Source: Deltaproteobacteria bacterium
GTDB lineage: Bacteria; Desulfobacterota; Binatia; UBA12015
Reading direction: 5' to 3'
Length of the DNA stretch: 64,000 bases
NCBI GenBank assembly: GCA_029262355.1
Contig: JAJCZO010000094.1
Span: 7,212-71,211 of the forward strand
Shown: one piece after another, positions 53,698 through 62,317 of the stretch
Position numbering within the stretch: position 1 is the stretch's first letter
How the letters are laid out: every line of letters begins with the position of its first letter
Notes under the pieces: generated by a model
What the model was told of the DNA's origin: nothing
Database searches by the model: none
The model's input: the letters and a program-made list of their open reading frames with translations, nothing else
Made by a program: the position numbers and the translations under genes

Positions 53698-54945
53698 CTA
53701 GAAAGCCACCCGCGCGCGAACTTCGAAGATCCCGACGAGATCGCGGGTCGGGTCGACCGCAGGGTGGATCAGCACCTGGTAACCGGGAGTGAGCTGCACG
53801 AAGGGAGTGAGCTGGATTCGGCAAAAGACCTCCCCCGATATCTGGCTTCGCGACAGCGAGTCTGTGGGCTTCCCCCACGCAACCGCGATCGCCGCCACGT
53901 CATCCTCGCGAAGGGGCAACCCGTCGAACCCAACACCGAGACTCGCGAGGTGCCGTATGCCGGTCGCCTCACCCACACCGTAAGCGTACCGGGCGAACGG
54001 CACGATGTTCGCGCCGACATCCTGCTCGACCGTACTTGCGATCCCCCAACCGCCGGGCTGCCCTTCGTAGGACGGGCTATTCCACACCGTCGCATGGGCG
54101 TCGCCCTCGCCCCAGCCCGCGACGTCGCCTTTCCACCCGAGCTCACCCGCGCTGAAGATCTTGCCGTCACGGAACAAGGTCGAGAACCCCGAGGTGTTGT
54201 CCTGCGCCTGGGCGTCGCTCGCCCCGCCGAGGAGGTACGCGCCGCCGCCAAGATCGAAGGCGCCAAGTAGCCCCAAGCCTCTGCCGGGGAGCGCGATGGC
54301 CGGGTTGGAAGAGAACGCCTGATTGACGAAGTAGAAGTCCACTCCTTTGAACCGATAGTCGTCGAACGCGTCGTCCTGATCGATCTTGCCGATGCGGTAG
54401 GCGAACCAACCGCCCGGGAGCTGTTGCTCCCAGTACAGCTGGGTGACGGAGAGCTTCAGCTCCGAGAAGTCGTTCGCAACCGCCCACAGGGATCCGATCC
54501 TTCCACCGAGATCCGCGGGCGACACCGGCGTGTACGCCTGCCACGCCGCCAGCTGGAACCCGAGGAACCCGAGCGAATGATCTCCACCATCGAGGAGAAC
54601 CCAGACCCCGAACAGGTCGAACTTCCCGCCACCCACAGGCCGGGGGTCGCGCGTCGCCCCCTGATACAGCGCTGTGTACGCCGCACCGAGGTTCAAACCG
54701 AGGTTCGTGCGCAGAAACGCGTCGGCCTCGTCGAACGCTTCGGCCCCGAGCGAGAACGGGCCCCAACCAATGAGGGCGTCGGTCTCCTCCCGCTTGGCAC
54801 GGAGCTCCGCGACGATGTCCTCCGCACTCGCGGCGAGCACCGAGAGCGCCTCGGTGTGCGCTTCGCCGGCGGCAGCCTCGGCCTCCAGCTCCGCCCTCTC
54901 ACGGTGCACGGTCGCCGAGGCAGGGCCAGCGACCATCAACGGCAC
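53698..54945 (-). CDS. OprB-family carbohydrate-selective porin-like outer-membrane protein
   Basis: This is a beta-rich protein with aromatic girdle residues; it has a ...LTPGYQVLIHPAVDP motif and a C-terminal ...VAF. The first start codon truncates an apparent signal peptide encoded in frame upstream (...GRSLGCVLLLVVP|LMVAGPASA). Confidence 0.5.
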   Translation of the reverse strand: MPLMVAGPASATVHRERAELEAEAAAGEAHTEALSVLAASAEDIVAELRAKREETDALIGWGPFSLGAEAFDEADAFLRTNLGLNLGAAYTALYQGATRDPRPVGGGKFDLFGVWVLLDGGDHSLGFLGFQLAAWQAYTPVSPADLGGRIGSLWAVANDFSELKLSVTQLYWEQQLPGGWFAYRIGKIDQDDAFDDYRFKGVDFYFVNQAFSSNPAIALPGRGLGLLGAFDLGGGAYLLGGASDAQAQDNTSGFSTLFRDGKIFSAGELGWKGDVAGWGEGDAHATVWNSPSYEGQPGGWGIASTVEQDVGANIVPFARYAYGVGEATGIRHLASLGVGFDGLPLREDDVAAIAVAWGKPTDSLSRSQISGEVFCRIQLTPFVQLTPGYQVLIHPAVDPTRDLVGIFEVRARVAF

Positions 54946-55046
54946 GACGAGTAGCAGGACACACCCGAGGGACCGGCCGGAAACGACAGCGGTCTGGATC
55001 GGGACGCGGGTCGCCCATGCGAAATGGCGGACCGCGGAAAACCAGT

Positions 55047-56120
55047 TCAGAACTGAATGACGGACCGGATCACCTCACCGGCCTGCATGGCTCGGAAGGC
55101 ATCGTTCACATCGTCGACCTTGATGCGGCGGCTGATCATGCCCTCCAGGTCGAGCTTGCCCTGACGCCACAGGCGCAAGAGGCGATCAAAATCGGTGCGC
55201 ACGTTCGCGCTGCCGTACATCGAGCCCTTGAGATTCTTCTCGTTGAAGAAGAGCTCGAACGCGCTGAACTGCACCATGTCGGTCATCTTGCCGACGCCGA
55301 CGATCACGGCCGTTCCACCGCGCCGAACCGAGTCGAAACTACCCCGAATGGTGGCCGAAAGCCCGATGCACTCCAGCGCATAGTCGAAGCCTTCTCCACG
55401 GGTGACTTCCTGCTTCACTCCTTCGAGATCTTCGGGCTTCACCGCGTGCGTGGCACCGAACTTCTTCGCCATCTCGAGCTTGGAGTCGACCATGTCGACG
55501 GCGACGATCTCGGCAGCACCCGCGATCCGCGCGCCCTGGATTGCCGAGATGCCGACGCCGCCCGCACCGTACACGACCACCGACGTGCCCGGCCGAATGC
55601 CAGCGGTGTTGATCGCTGCGCCGACGCCCGTCATGACACCGCACCCGACGAGAGAAACCACGTCGAGGGGAATGTCGTCATCGACCTTCACGGCCGCGGC
55701 CTCGGGAATGATCATCTCTTCGGCAAACGTGCCGCAGCCGGTGAAGCCGACTACGGGCTGTCCATCGATGATGAAGTGCGGCGTGCTGGCCATCGTGCCC
55801 ATCGTCTCGCAGAGGTTTGCCTCACCGCGCAGGCACATCCGGCACTTCCGACACGCCGGGGTGAAGGAGACGATGATGTGATCGCCGGCCTTCAGGTCGG
55901 CGACACCAGAGCCGACCTCTTGAACGATGCCGGCACCTTCGTGTCCCAGTACGCATGGCGTGCCCGATGGGATCGTTCCGTTCTGCGCCGAGAGGTCGGA
56001 ATGGCAAACACCACTCGATACCAACTTGACGTGGACGTCGTCGTTTCCGAGATCACCGAGTGTCACATCGTCGCGGATCTCGAGATCCTTGTTCAATTCC
56101 GTCAGAACTGCTGCTTTCAT
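55047..56120 (-). CDS. Zn-dependent alcohol dehydrogenase (MDR superfamily, class III-like)
   Basis: The sequence has GVCHSDL, the GHEGAG catalytic zinc site, a structural-zinc Cys cluster (CRKCRMCLRGEANLC), and GAGGVG for NAD binding. The start was refined to MKAAVL. Confidence 0.85.
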   Translation of the reverse strand: MKAAVLTELNKDLEIRDDVTLGDLGNDDVHVKLVSSGVCHSDLSAQNGTIPSGTPCVLGHEGAGIVQEVGSGVADLKAGDHIIVSFTPACRKCRMCLRGEANLCETMGTMASTPHFIIDGQPVVGFTGCGTFAEEMIIPEAAAVKVDDDIPLDVVSLVGCGVMTGVGAAINTAGIRPGTSVVVYGAGGVGISAIQGARIAGAAEIVAVDMVDSKLEMAKKFGATHAVKPEDLEGVKQEVTRGEGFDYALECIGLSATIRGSFDSVRRGGTAVIVGVGKMTDMVQFSAFELFFNEKNLKGSMYGSANVRTDFDRLLRLWRQGKLDLEGMISRRIKVDDVNDAFRAMQAGEVIRSVIQF

Positions 56121-56241
56121 CGTGGCTCCTCGTGAAAGTTTCAGGGGGTAACGGCCGGAGCAAAGCATAGGAAAACGGTCGCGCAAAGGCCGACTGGCTG
56201 GGACGCCGGTGCGTGCTAGGACCCTCCAGGGAGGGCACGGA

Positions 56242-56763
56242 ATGAGCCGCCACTTTGGGCAGATTCGACAGAACGGGTACGTAGTCCGCGACATCGACGC
56301 GGCAATGCGCCACTGGACCGAAGTACTCGGTGTCGGCCCGTTCTTCTATATCGAGCGCGTGCCGGTCGATGAATTCCGATACCGCGGCGAGCCGTCGGCC
56401 ATCGACGTGAGCATCGCGCTATCGAACTCGGGCCCACTCCAGATCGAGCTGATCCAGCTGCGCAACGACGCGCCTTCGCTCTGGGGTGATTTCCTGGCCG
56501 GCGGAAACGAAGGACTGCAGCACGTCGCGTACTGGACCGAAACGATGGACGAGGAGCTCGCGCGCATCGAAGAACGCGGCCTCGAGATCGGCCAGTCCGG
56601 CTGCATCGGGGAGAACGGTCGCTTCGTATATCTGCTCACCGAGAGCCATCCCGGTACCGTGGTCGAAGTCTCCGAGGTGAGTGGCGCCAAGGGCCGCTTC
56701 TTCCAGCACATCGCAAAGGCCGCCGAGAGCTGGGACGGCAACGAGCCCATTCGACGAATCTGA
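56242..56763 (+). CDS. VOC-family (glyoxalase/bleomycin-resistance/dioxygenase fold) protein
   Basis: This is a paired beta-alpha-beta-beta-beta module protein of about 170 aa. The start was refined to the ATG at 56242. Confidence 0.55.
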   Translation: MSRHFGQIRQNGYVVRDIDAAMRHWTEVLGVGPFFYIERVPVDEFRYRGEPSAIDVSIALSNSGPLQIELIQLRNDAPSLWGDFLAGGNEGLQHVAYWTETMDEELARIEERGLEIGQSGCIGENGRFVYLLTESHPGTVVEVSEVSGAKGRFFQHIAKAAESWDGNEPIRRI

Positions 56764-56790
56764 ATCGCCCCGAAGAGGAGGAGATCAACC

Positions 56791-57351
56791 ATGCCCCGCA
56801 TCCGCTATCCCGACGTCGACGCCCTCCACCCCAAGGTCCGCAGCGCCCTGGACGCGCTACCGGCACCGCTGAACATCTTCCGCATCTCCACGCTCGCCGA
56901 GCGCAATTTCGAGCCGATGATGCGCCTCGGCGGAACGATCTTGAGCCGCCAACAGCTGCCGGGGAATCTCCGCGAGTTGGCCATCCTGCGCGTCGCGCGA
57001 CTCTCTGGCGCCGAGTACGAGTGGGTGCAGCACGTACCGATCGCGGAGATGGTCGGGTGCACCAAGGAACAGATCGAAGCACTCCACCGCGGGCACGCGG
57101 CGGCTGCGTGCTTCGACGAGAAGGAGCGTGCGGTCCTCGACTTCACCGACGAGGTGCTCCGAGACGTTCGGCCATCGGACGAATCGCTGGCCAAGCTCAA
57201 GCAGCATTGCCCGGACCGCGAAGTCATGGAGCTCACGATCGCGATCGGCTTCTACATGCTGATGGCACGCATCATGGAAGTATCGGGAATCGAGCTCGAA
57301 GCACCGCTCGGCGACAAGATCGTGCGAGCCGCGTCCGAGGCGAAGGACTAA
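56791..57351 (+). CDS. Carboxymuconolactone decarboxylase (CMD/AhpD-like) family protein
   Basis: ILRVARLSGAEYEWVQHVPIA has the CMD fold signature. Confidence 0.7.
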   Translation: MPRIRYPDVDALHPKVRSALDALPAPLNIFRISTLAERNFEPMMRLGGTILSRQQLPGNLRELAILRVARLSGAEYEWVQHVPIAEMVGCTKEQIEALHRGHAAAACFDEKERAVLDFTDEVLRDVRPSDESLAKLKQHCPDREVMELTIAIGFYMLMARIMEVSGIELEAPLGDKIVRAASEAKD

Positions 57352-57442
57352 GCCGCGTCCTGCCGATCGCCGCCCACGGAGTCCCAATCGAATCCTCGGC
57401 CCCGGTACTGGCGGTAAGCGATGGTGCTGAGCCCACGAAGAA

Positions 57443-57502
57443 GGGGGCGCCCACAATGTGAGCGCCCCCCGTTTCGAGCCTGAACGAAGCTCTCCGTTCA
57501 GG
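57443..57502. terminator. Two GC-rich hairpins between convergent genes (putative bidirectional terminators)
   Basis: GGGGGCGCc CACA a TGTG aGCGCCCCC spans 57443-57470. CCTGAACG aagctctc CGTTCAGG spans 57479-57502 and overlaps the minus-strand gene's stop codon. Confidence 0.5.
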
Positions 57503-58103
57503 AGACCTTCTGAAGCGTATTCTCGTCCGTGTGATGCATCTCCGCCCCCCCGTGCGACGCCATCGCGAGGACCAGGTCTTCCTTGTAGGCGTAGGTGCCG
57601 CCCGAGAGGTCGACCTCGAGCTCGTAGCCGGTGCTCTTGGCGGCGCCGTCGTAGAGGTACGAGTTCGATAGAATCCCGTTGGTCGGCGAACCCTGCTTTG
57701 CCGAGAGCTTGAAGCCCGTGTCGCCGGCGGCCGCCTTGCCCTCGGCGACGATCGTCGTCGAGCGAGGCACCATGAAGCAGCGATGGAGCGTTCCGGTTGC
57801 CGGCTCCCACAGCCAGTAGCCGACCTCCATGTGGAAGAAGTCGTCGGCGCCGATGCGCCAGGCCTTCATGCGGTAGTCGAGTCCGAAGAGCGACTGCTTC
57901 CCATTGTCGACCGGACCGAAGGGATCAAAGGTGATCTCTTCGCGGTACAGGTTCTCGGTGTCCTTCTTCTCGCCGTACGAGAACGAGAAGTCCCGCCCCT
58001 TGTCGCCGGCCCATTGTCCGGCCAGCTTGGCCAGCGGGCCCCAGCGCTCGTCTACGTCGGTAAAAGCGGCCATGTGGGCCGGAGGGCCGAACGTCGTTGC
58101 CAT
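57498..58103 (-). CDS. Conserved hypothetical protein (possible beta-barrel/lipocalin-like fold)
   Basis: The 201-aa ORF has good coding-frame persistence, but I recognise no diagnostic motif. Confidence 0.45.
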   Translation of the reverse strand: MATTFGPPAHMAAFTDVDERWGPLAKLAGQWAGDKGRDFSFSYGEKKDTENLYREEITFDPFGPVDNGKQSLFGLDYRMKAWRIGADDFFHMEVGYWLWEPATGTLHRCFMVPRSTTIVAEGKAAAGDTGFKLSAKQGSPTNGILSNSYLYDGAAKSTGYELEVDLSGGTYAYKEDLVLAMASHGGAEMHHTDENTLQKVS

Positions 58104-58215
58104 GGTGATTCCTCCCTATTGGTCGATTCGGGTCGTTGGTGGGGTATTCGAAGTGGAACGCCTTGTACCTAGCGAGAACGCCGGATCGGTCAAGCCCGGG
58201 CATTGAGCCGAAGGC

Positions 58216-58716
58216 CTACCAGGCCTCTCCAGCCTTAGGGCCGGCCTTGCCCATGAGGGTGCCCACCGAGGCCGCCGCGCGCCGCAGGGCCTGAGCTACC
58301 TCCAGCAACGCACTCGCGCCGCCCTCCCCGTATCCCCGCAGAACCTCGGCCTGATGAATCGCTGCTTCGATGTGCGCCTCGGCCAGGTACGCCCGAGCTT
58401 CCGGGAAATCGGGTCGCAGCTTGAGGGCGTTGCCGTACGCCTGGAACGCTCCGTCTAGATCACCGGTCTTCCGCAGGCAGTAGCCACGGACGTTGAACGC
58501 TGCGGCGTCGGTCGGGTCCAGGGACAAGACATGGCCGACGAGCCGGAGCGCCTCTTTGCATCGCCCCTCGCGCGCCGCCGCCTCCGCTTCCGCGTACGCC
58601 GGCGTCATCTCCTTCGCCGGAGGCCGATCGCTCCCGCCCTCCCCCCTCGACATCGCCCCGTGAGAAACTCCCGACAAGAGCCCCACCATGATCCCGGCCG
58701 CCACCATGCGTCGCAT
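58216..58716 (-). CDS. Secreted TPR-repeat protein
   Basis: The signal peptide is MRRMVAAGIMVGLLSGVSHG. TPR-like helices follow (AFNVRGYCLRKTGDLDGAFQAYGNALKLRPDFPEARAYLAEA). Confidence 0.55.
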   Translation of the reverse strand: MRRMVAAGIMVGLLSGVSHGAMSRGEGGSDRPPAKEMTPAYAEAEAAAREGRCKEALRLVGHVLSLDPTDAAAFNVRGYCLRKTGDLDGAFQAYGNALKLRPDFPEARAYLAEAHIEAAIHQAEVLRGYGEGGASALLEVAQALRRAAASVGTLMGKAGPKAGEAW

Positions 58717-58797
58717 GAGGCGGTTCCTCGCACGTCCTGCGTTCGGTGCAAACTCGACCCCACTTGCTCGAGATCGACGAGTAGGCGAAGGAAGCCC

Positions 58798-59235
58798 ATG
58801 GCTGAGCTTCCCGGACCGGATTCCAAGCACCCCGCCCGTCTCGCCGCCTGGCGATCGATCGACGCGGTCGCGCGTGGCGACAAGCAGGCGTGGGTTGAAA
58901 ACTTCGCCGACGACGGGATCGTGCAGGACCCAATCGGAAAGTCGGTGATCGATCCGACCGGCGAGGGACACAAGGGCAAGGTCGCGATCGAGAAGTTCTG
59001 GGACACGAACATCGCGATCGGACGGCCGCTGTTCAATCTTCAGAGCTCGATCTGCTCCGGAAACGAGTGCGCCAACGTCGGCACTCTAACGATCCAGTTC
59101 CCCGACGGGCTCGTGACGCAGCTCTACGGCGTCTTCACGTACCGGGTCAACGACGAGGGCAAGGTCACCGCGCTTCGCACGTACTGGGAAGCGGAAGACA
59201 TGAAGGTGCACGCGCCACGCGAGGACTGGAAGTAG
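58798..59235 (+). CDS. SnoaL-like/NTF2-like (ketosteroid-isomerase-like) domain protein
   Basis: There is a strong SD (GGCGAAGGAAG) upstream of the ATG. AVARGDKQAWVENFADDGIVQDP...GKVTALRTYWE is typical of an NTF2-like fold. Confidence 0.6.
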   Translation: MAELPGPDSKHPARLAAWRSIDAVARGDKQAWVENFADDGIVQDPIGKSVIDPTGEGHKGKVAIEKFWDTNIAIGRPLFNLQSSICSGNECANVGTLTIQFPDGLVTQLYGVFTYRVNDEGKVTALRTYWEAEDMKVHAPREDWK

Positions 59236-59299
59236 CGGCGCTCGGCGTCGAGATGTCGTCATTGTCGAAGCAAGCGCCAGGCCGAGCGTGAGCTCTCCC

Positions 59300-60154
59300 T
59301 CATGCCCGAGAGAACCCGGAACCCGGATCGTCCACGCCGAAGCCCCTCCCCTCATCGATCCAGCCGAATTCCTTGAGGATCGCCTGGCTGTAGGTCACGC
59401 ATCCCGAAACCGTCTCGAGTGGTTCGGTGGCGAGCAGCAGTGCCGCACGTGCCATGACGATCGGGGCCTCGGCGCGCGGGTCATCGGCGTCTTTCAGAAG
59501 CTTGTGGTGAACCGTCCCGGGCGTCGGCACGATCTGGGACGGGCCCACGCATGTCACCGAAACCCCTTGATCGTACACTTCGGCGGCAAGCCCTTGGGTG
59601 AAGCGCTCGAGAGCTGCCTTCTCGGTTCCATACAGCGTACCGCCGCGAAACTTTCGAGCCATCTCCGAGTAGGGCGCGCGTCCAGGCCCAATCGCGGCCC
59701 CACTCGAGATGTTGACGATCGCGCCACTTCTCCGGGGAATCATATCGTGTAACGCGAGCTGCGACAGATAGAAGGGCGCGTGAAGGTTCACGGCAAACGA
59801 GCGGTGCCACTTTCCGACGGGGTAGTCCGCGACCGGGATGAAGTACGTCAGCGCCGCGTTGTTCACGAGCACATCGAGGGGCCCGAGCTCGTCGCGCACG
59901 CGCGAGACGGCACGCGCACAGTTCTCGTACTCGGAAACGTCGCACGGCACGGCGATCGCCTCGCCACCCGCAGCACGGATGGTCTCGGCCGTGCGGGCGA
60001 CGGAGCCCTCGAAGAGCTTGTGTCCGCCTTCGTCAGCGGTTCGCGCGACGCACGCGACGCGAGCGCCCTCCGACGCGAATAGCTCCGCAATCGATTGGCC
60101 GATTCCTCGGCTCGCGCCCGTCACGAACGCGACCTTGCCCTCGAGCTTTCCCAT
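59300..60154 (-). CDS. SDR-family oxidoreductase
   Basis: The sequence has KVAFVTGASRGIGQSIA, NNAA, and SSGAAIGPGRAPYSEMARKF. Confidence 0.85.
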   Translation of the reverse strand: MGKLEGKVAFVTGASRGIGQSIAELFASEGARVACVARTADEGGHKLFEGSVARTAETIRAAGGEAIAVPCDVSEYENCARAVSRVRDELGPLDVLVNNAALTYFIPVADYPVGKWHRSFAVNLHAPFYLSQLALHDMIPRRSGAIVNISSGAAIGPGRAPYSEMARKFRGGTLYGTEKAALERFTQGLAAEVYDQGVSVTCVGPSQIVPTPGTVHHKLLKDADDPRAEAPIVMARAALLLATEPLETVSGCVTYSQAILKEFGWIDEGRGFGVDDPGSGFSRA

Positions 60155-60207
60155 CCGGAGTTCTTACCGAACCACAAGCACATCCAACAGGGACGAAGAG
60201 AGCTCAG

Positions 60208-60933
60208 TCAGTCCGTCGCAGTGGGAAAGAGGCGCGCCCGAAGCCACCCACCGAAGGTGTTTCCACACAAGGTGTAGAAGCTGAGGAACGCGTTCTTTCG
60301 GTCGGCCTCCGACACAGAATGCGTGAACAGCGCGGCGCGCGTGACGAGGCACTCCTCCTCGCCCAGCGGGCGTACGACCCGCGCCGGATTTCCGGCGGCA
60401 ATCGAGTTTGCCGGCAGGTCCGAGACGACGACCGAGCCAGCACCAACCACGGTGTTCTTGCCGATCCGCACGCCTTTACAGACGATCGCGCCGTCACCAA
60501 TCCAAACGTTGCGCCCGAGCACGATGGGCGCCGATCGACCCGGTGCCCGCGTACGGTCGTGGACGTCGTGCCAATCGGCGTCCGTCAAATAGACGCCCGA
60601 CGCCAGCATGCAATCGTCACCGACTTCCACGCGCGTCGCCGCAGAGATGCGCACCCCCGGCGACAAGAGGCAGTGATCCCCGAGGATCATCTTCCCCGTG
60701 CCGGACTCGGTCGAAAAGGTACACAGCTCGACCGGCCGCCCCCACGAAGCCGAGAGATGCACGAACCGGCCGAACTCGATGCCCGGCCCGTCGATCCGGA
60801 TGTACCAGGGCTTCCTGAACTCGCAGCCTCCGCCCATCGCATCGACCTGCGGGCGCAGGAAGTGTCTGGCGTAGAAACGCTGCAGGGCGAGTGTCGCCCG
60901 CATCATCCAGTACGGTCGATGATCACGTCTCAC
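60208..60933 (-). CDS. Hexapeptide-repeat (LbH) acetyltransferase, maltose/galactoside O-acetyltransferase-like
   Basis: LbH repeats span ...MILGDHCLLSPGVRISAATRVEVGDDCMLASGVYLTDADWH...VWIGDGAIVCKGVRIGKNTVVGAGSVV. Confidence 0.75.
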   Translation of the reverse strand: MRRDHRPYWMMRATLALQRFYARHFLRPQVDAMGGGCEFRKPWYIRIDGPGIEFGRFVHLSASWGRPVELCTFSTESGTGKMILGDHCLLSPGVRISAATRVEVGDDCMLASGVYLTDADWHDVHDRTRAPGRSAPIVLGRNVWIGDGAIVCKGVRIGKNTVVGAGSVVVSDLPANSIAAGNPARVVRPLGEEECLVTRAALFTHSVSEADRKNAFLSFYTLCGNTFGGWLRARLFPTATD

Positions 60934-61063
60934 GGGTCGTTCCAGGTCGGGGGGCTAGGCCTCGTGGCCCGTGCGAAACTTGGCAATCCGAGGCGCTCGG
61001 AACAAGTCCGAGCTTGGCGATCTTCGAGAAGCCCGATACTTGCTGCGGAGGAGGTTCCACCCG

Positions 61064-62317
61064 ATGGAGAACGACCAAGCCGACAAGCCAACGACCGGGC
61101 CGCACGGGCAAGGGCCGCTGGCAGGAGTCCGAATCCTCGCGATCGAGCAGATGCAGGCCCTCCCGTTCGCAACGCAGCTCCTGGGGCACATGGGGGCCGA
61201 GGTGGTAAAAGTCGAGCACCCGACCACCGGGGATTCAGGTCGCGGCGCCCTCCCAGCCCTCCGGGACATCGACGGCCGCGATGTCGGCGCGACCTATCTT
61301 CGCAACGCGCTGAACAAGAGGAGCCTCGCGATCGACCTGAAGAACCCAGCCGGGGTCGATCTCATCAGGCGCCTCGTCCCCACGTACGACGTGGTCGGTG
61401 AGAACTTCAAGCCGGGCGTGATGAAACGCCTCGGACTCTCCTACGACGACCTGGCGCCACTGCATCCCGGTCTGGTCTACGTCTCGGTCTCGGGCTTCGG
61501 CAACCTACTCGATTCGCCCTACAGGTCGTGGGCGGCCTACGCACCGATCGCTGAGGCAATGGGCGGAATCTACGAGTACAGCCGCCCCCAGGGTGAGCCC
61601 CCGCGGATCGGGCCGGCCGGGGCGTTGGGCGACATCGGGACATCACTCTTCGCGACCATCGGGCTTCTCGCCGCGCTGCGCGAGAAAGACCGGACCGGCC
61701 AGGGCCAGTACGTGGACGTGGCCATGTTCGACGCCATGGTGGCCATGGCCGACATCCCACCGTGCTTCTGGTCGATGGGCATGCGGGGCCGCCGAAAGGT
61801 CCCCGGCGTCTTCGACAGCTTTGCCGCAAGCGACGGCTACTTCGTGGTTCAGGCCGTGCGCGACCATCACCTCGCACTGTTCGCAAAAGCGATCGGGCAT
61901 CCCGAATGGGTCGACGACCCGCGCTTCCAAACGAGACAGGGCTGGCGCGATCAGCTCGACGAGATCGTCCGGCCCGCCGTCGAAACATGGGCGTCGACTC
62001 GTACGAAGCTCGAAGCTTCGAGTGAGCTTGCGGGCGAGGGGATCGCCGCCGGACCGTGCTTCGACACCGAAGACCTGATGGACGATCCACACGTGGCGAG
62101 CCACAACATGCTCCTGCGCGTGCGTCGCCCCGATGCACCCGACCCGTTGCTGCTCGTCGGAAATCCAATCAAGCTGTCGGGCCACCCCGACCAAACACCG
62201 CGCCGCTGGCCGACCCTCGGCCAGCACACCGACGAGATCCTCCAGACCGAACTTGGCCTCTCGAACGACGAGCTCGCGGACCTCCGCGCGAGCGGGGCAA
62301 TCGGTGGCGATCCCTAG
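61064..62317 (+). CDS. CoA-transferase family III (CaiB/BaiF) protein, second paralog
   Basis: PLAGVRILAIEQMQALPFATQLLGHMGAEVVKVEHP is the family III N-terminus. The SD GGAGGAGG precedes the ATG at 61064. Confidence 0.8.
   Translation: MENDQADKPTTGPHGQGPLAGVRILAIEQMQALPFATQLLGHMGAEVVKVEHPTTGDSGRGALPALRDIDGRDVGATYLRNALNKRSLAIDLKNPAGVDLIRRLVPTYDVVGENFKPGVMKRLGLSYDDLAPLHPGLVYVSVSGFGNLLDSPYRSWAAYAPIAEAMGGIYEYSRPQGEPPRIGPAGALGDIGTSLFATIGLLAALREKDRTGQGQYVDVAMFDAMVAMADIPPCFWSMGMRGRRKVPGVFDSFAASDGYFVVQAVRDHHLALFAKAIGHPEWVDDPRFQTRQGWRDQLDEIVRPAVETWASTRTKLEASSELAGEGIAAGPCFDTEDLMDDPHVASHNMLLRVRRPDAPDPLLLVGNPIKLSGHPDQTPRRWPTLGQHTDEILQTELGLSNDELADLRASGAIGGDP

Noticed and set aside
60971-62168. Upstream extension (60971-61063) of the second CoA-transferase ORF and the antisense ORF 61407-62168
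   Set aside because: A strong SD (GGAGGAGG) precedes the internal ATG at 61064, and the family III N-terminal motif starts there. The antisense ORF is a low-complexity Arg/Pro-rich artifact.
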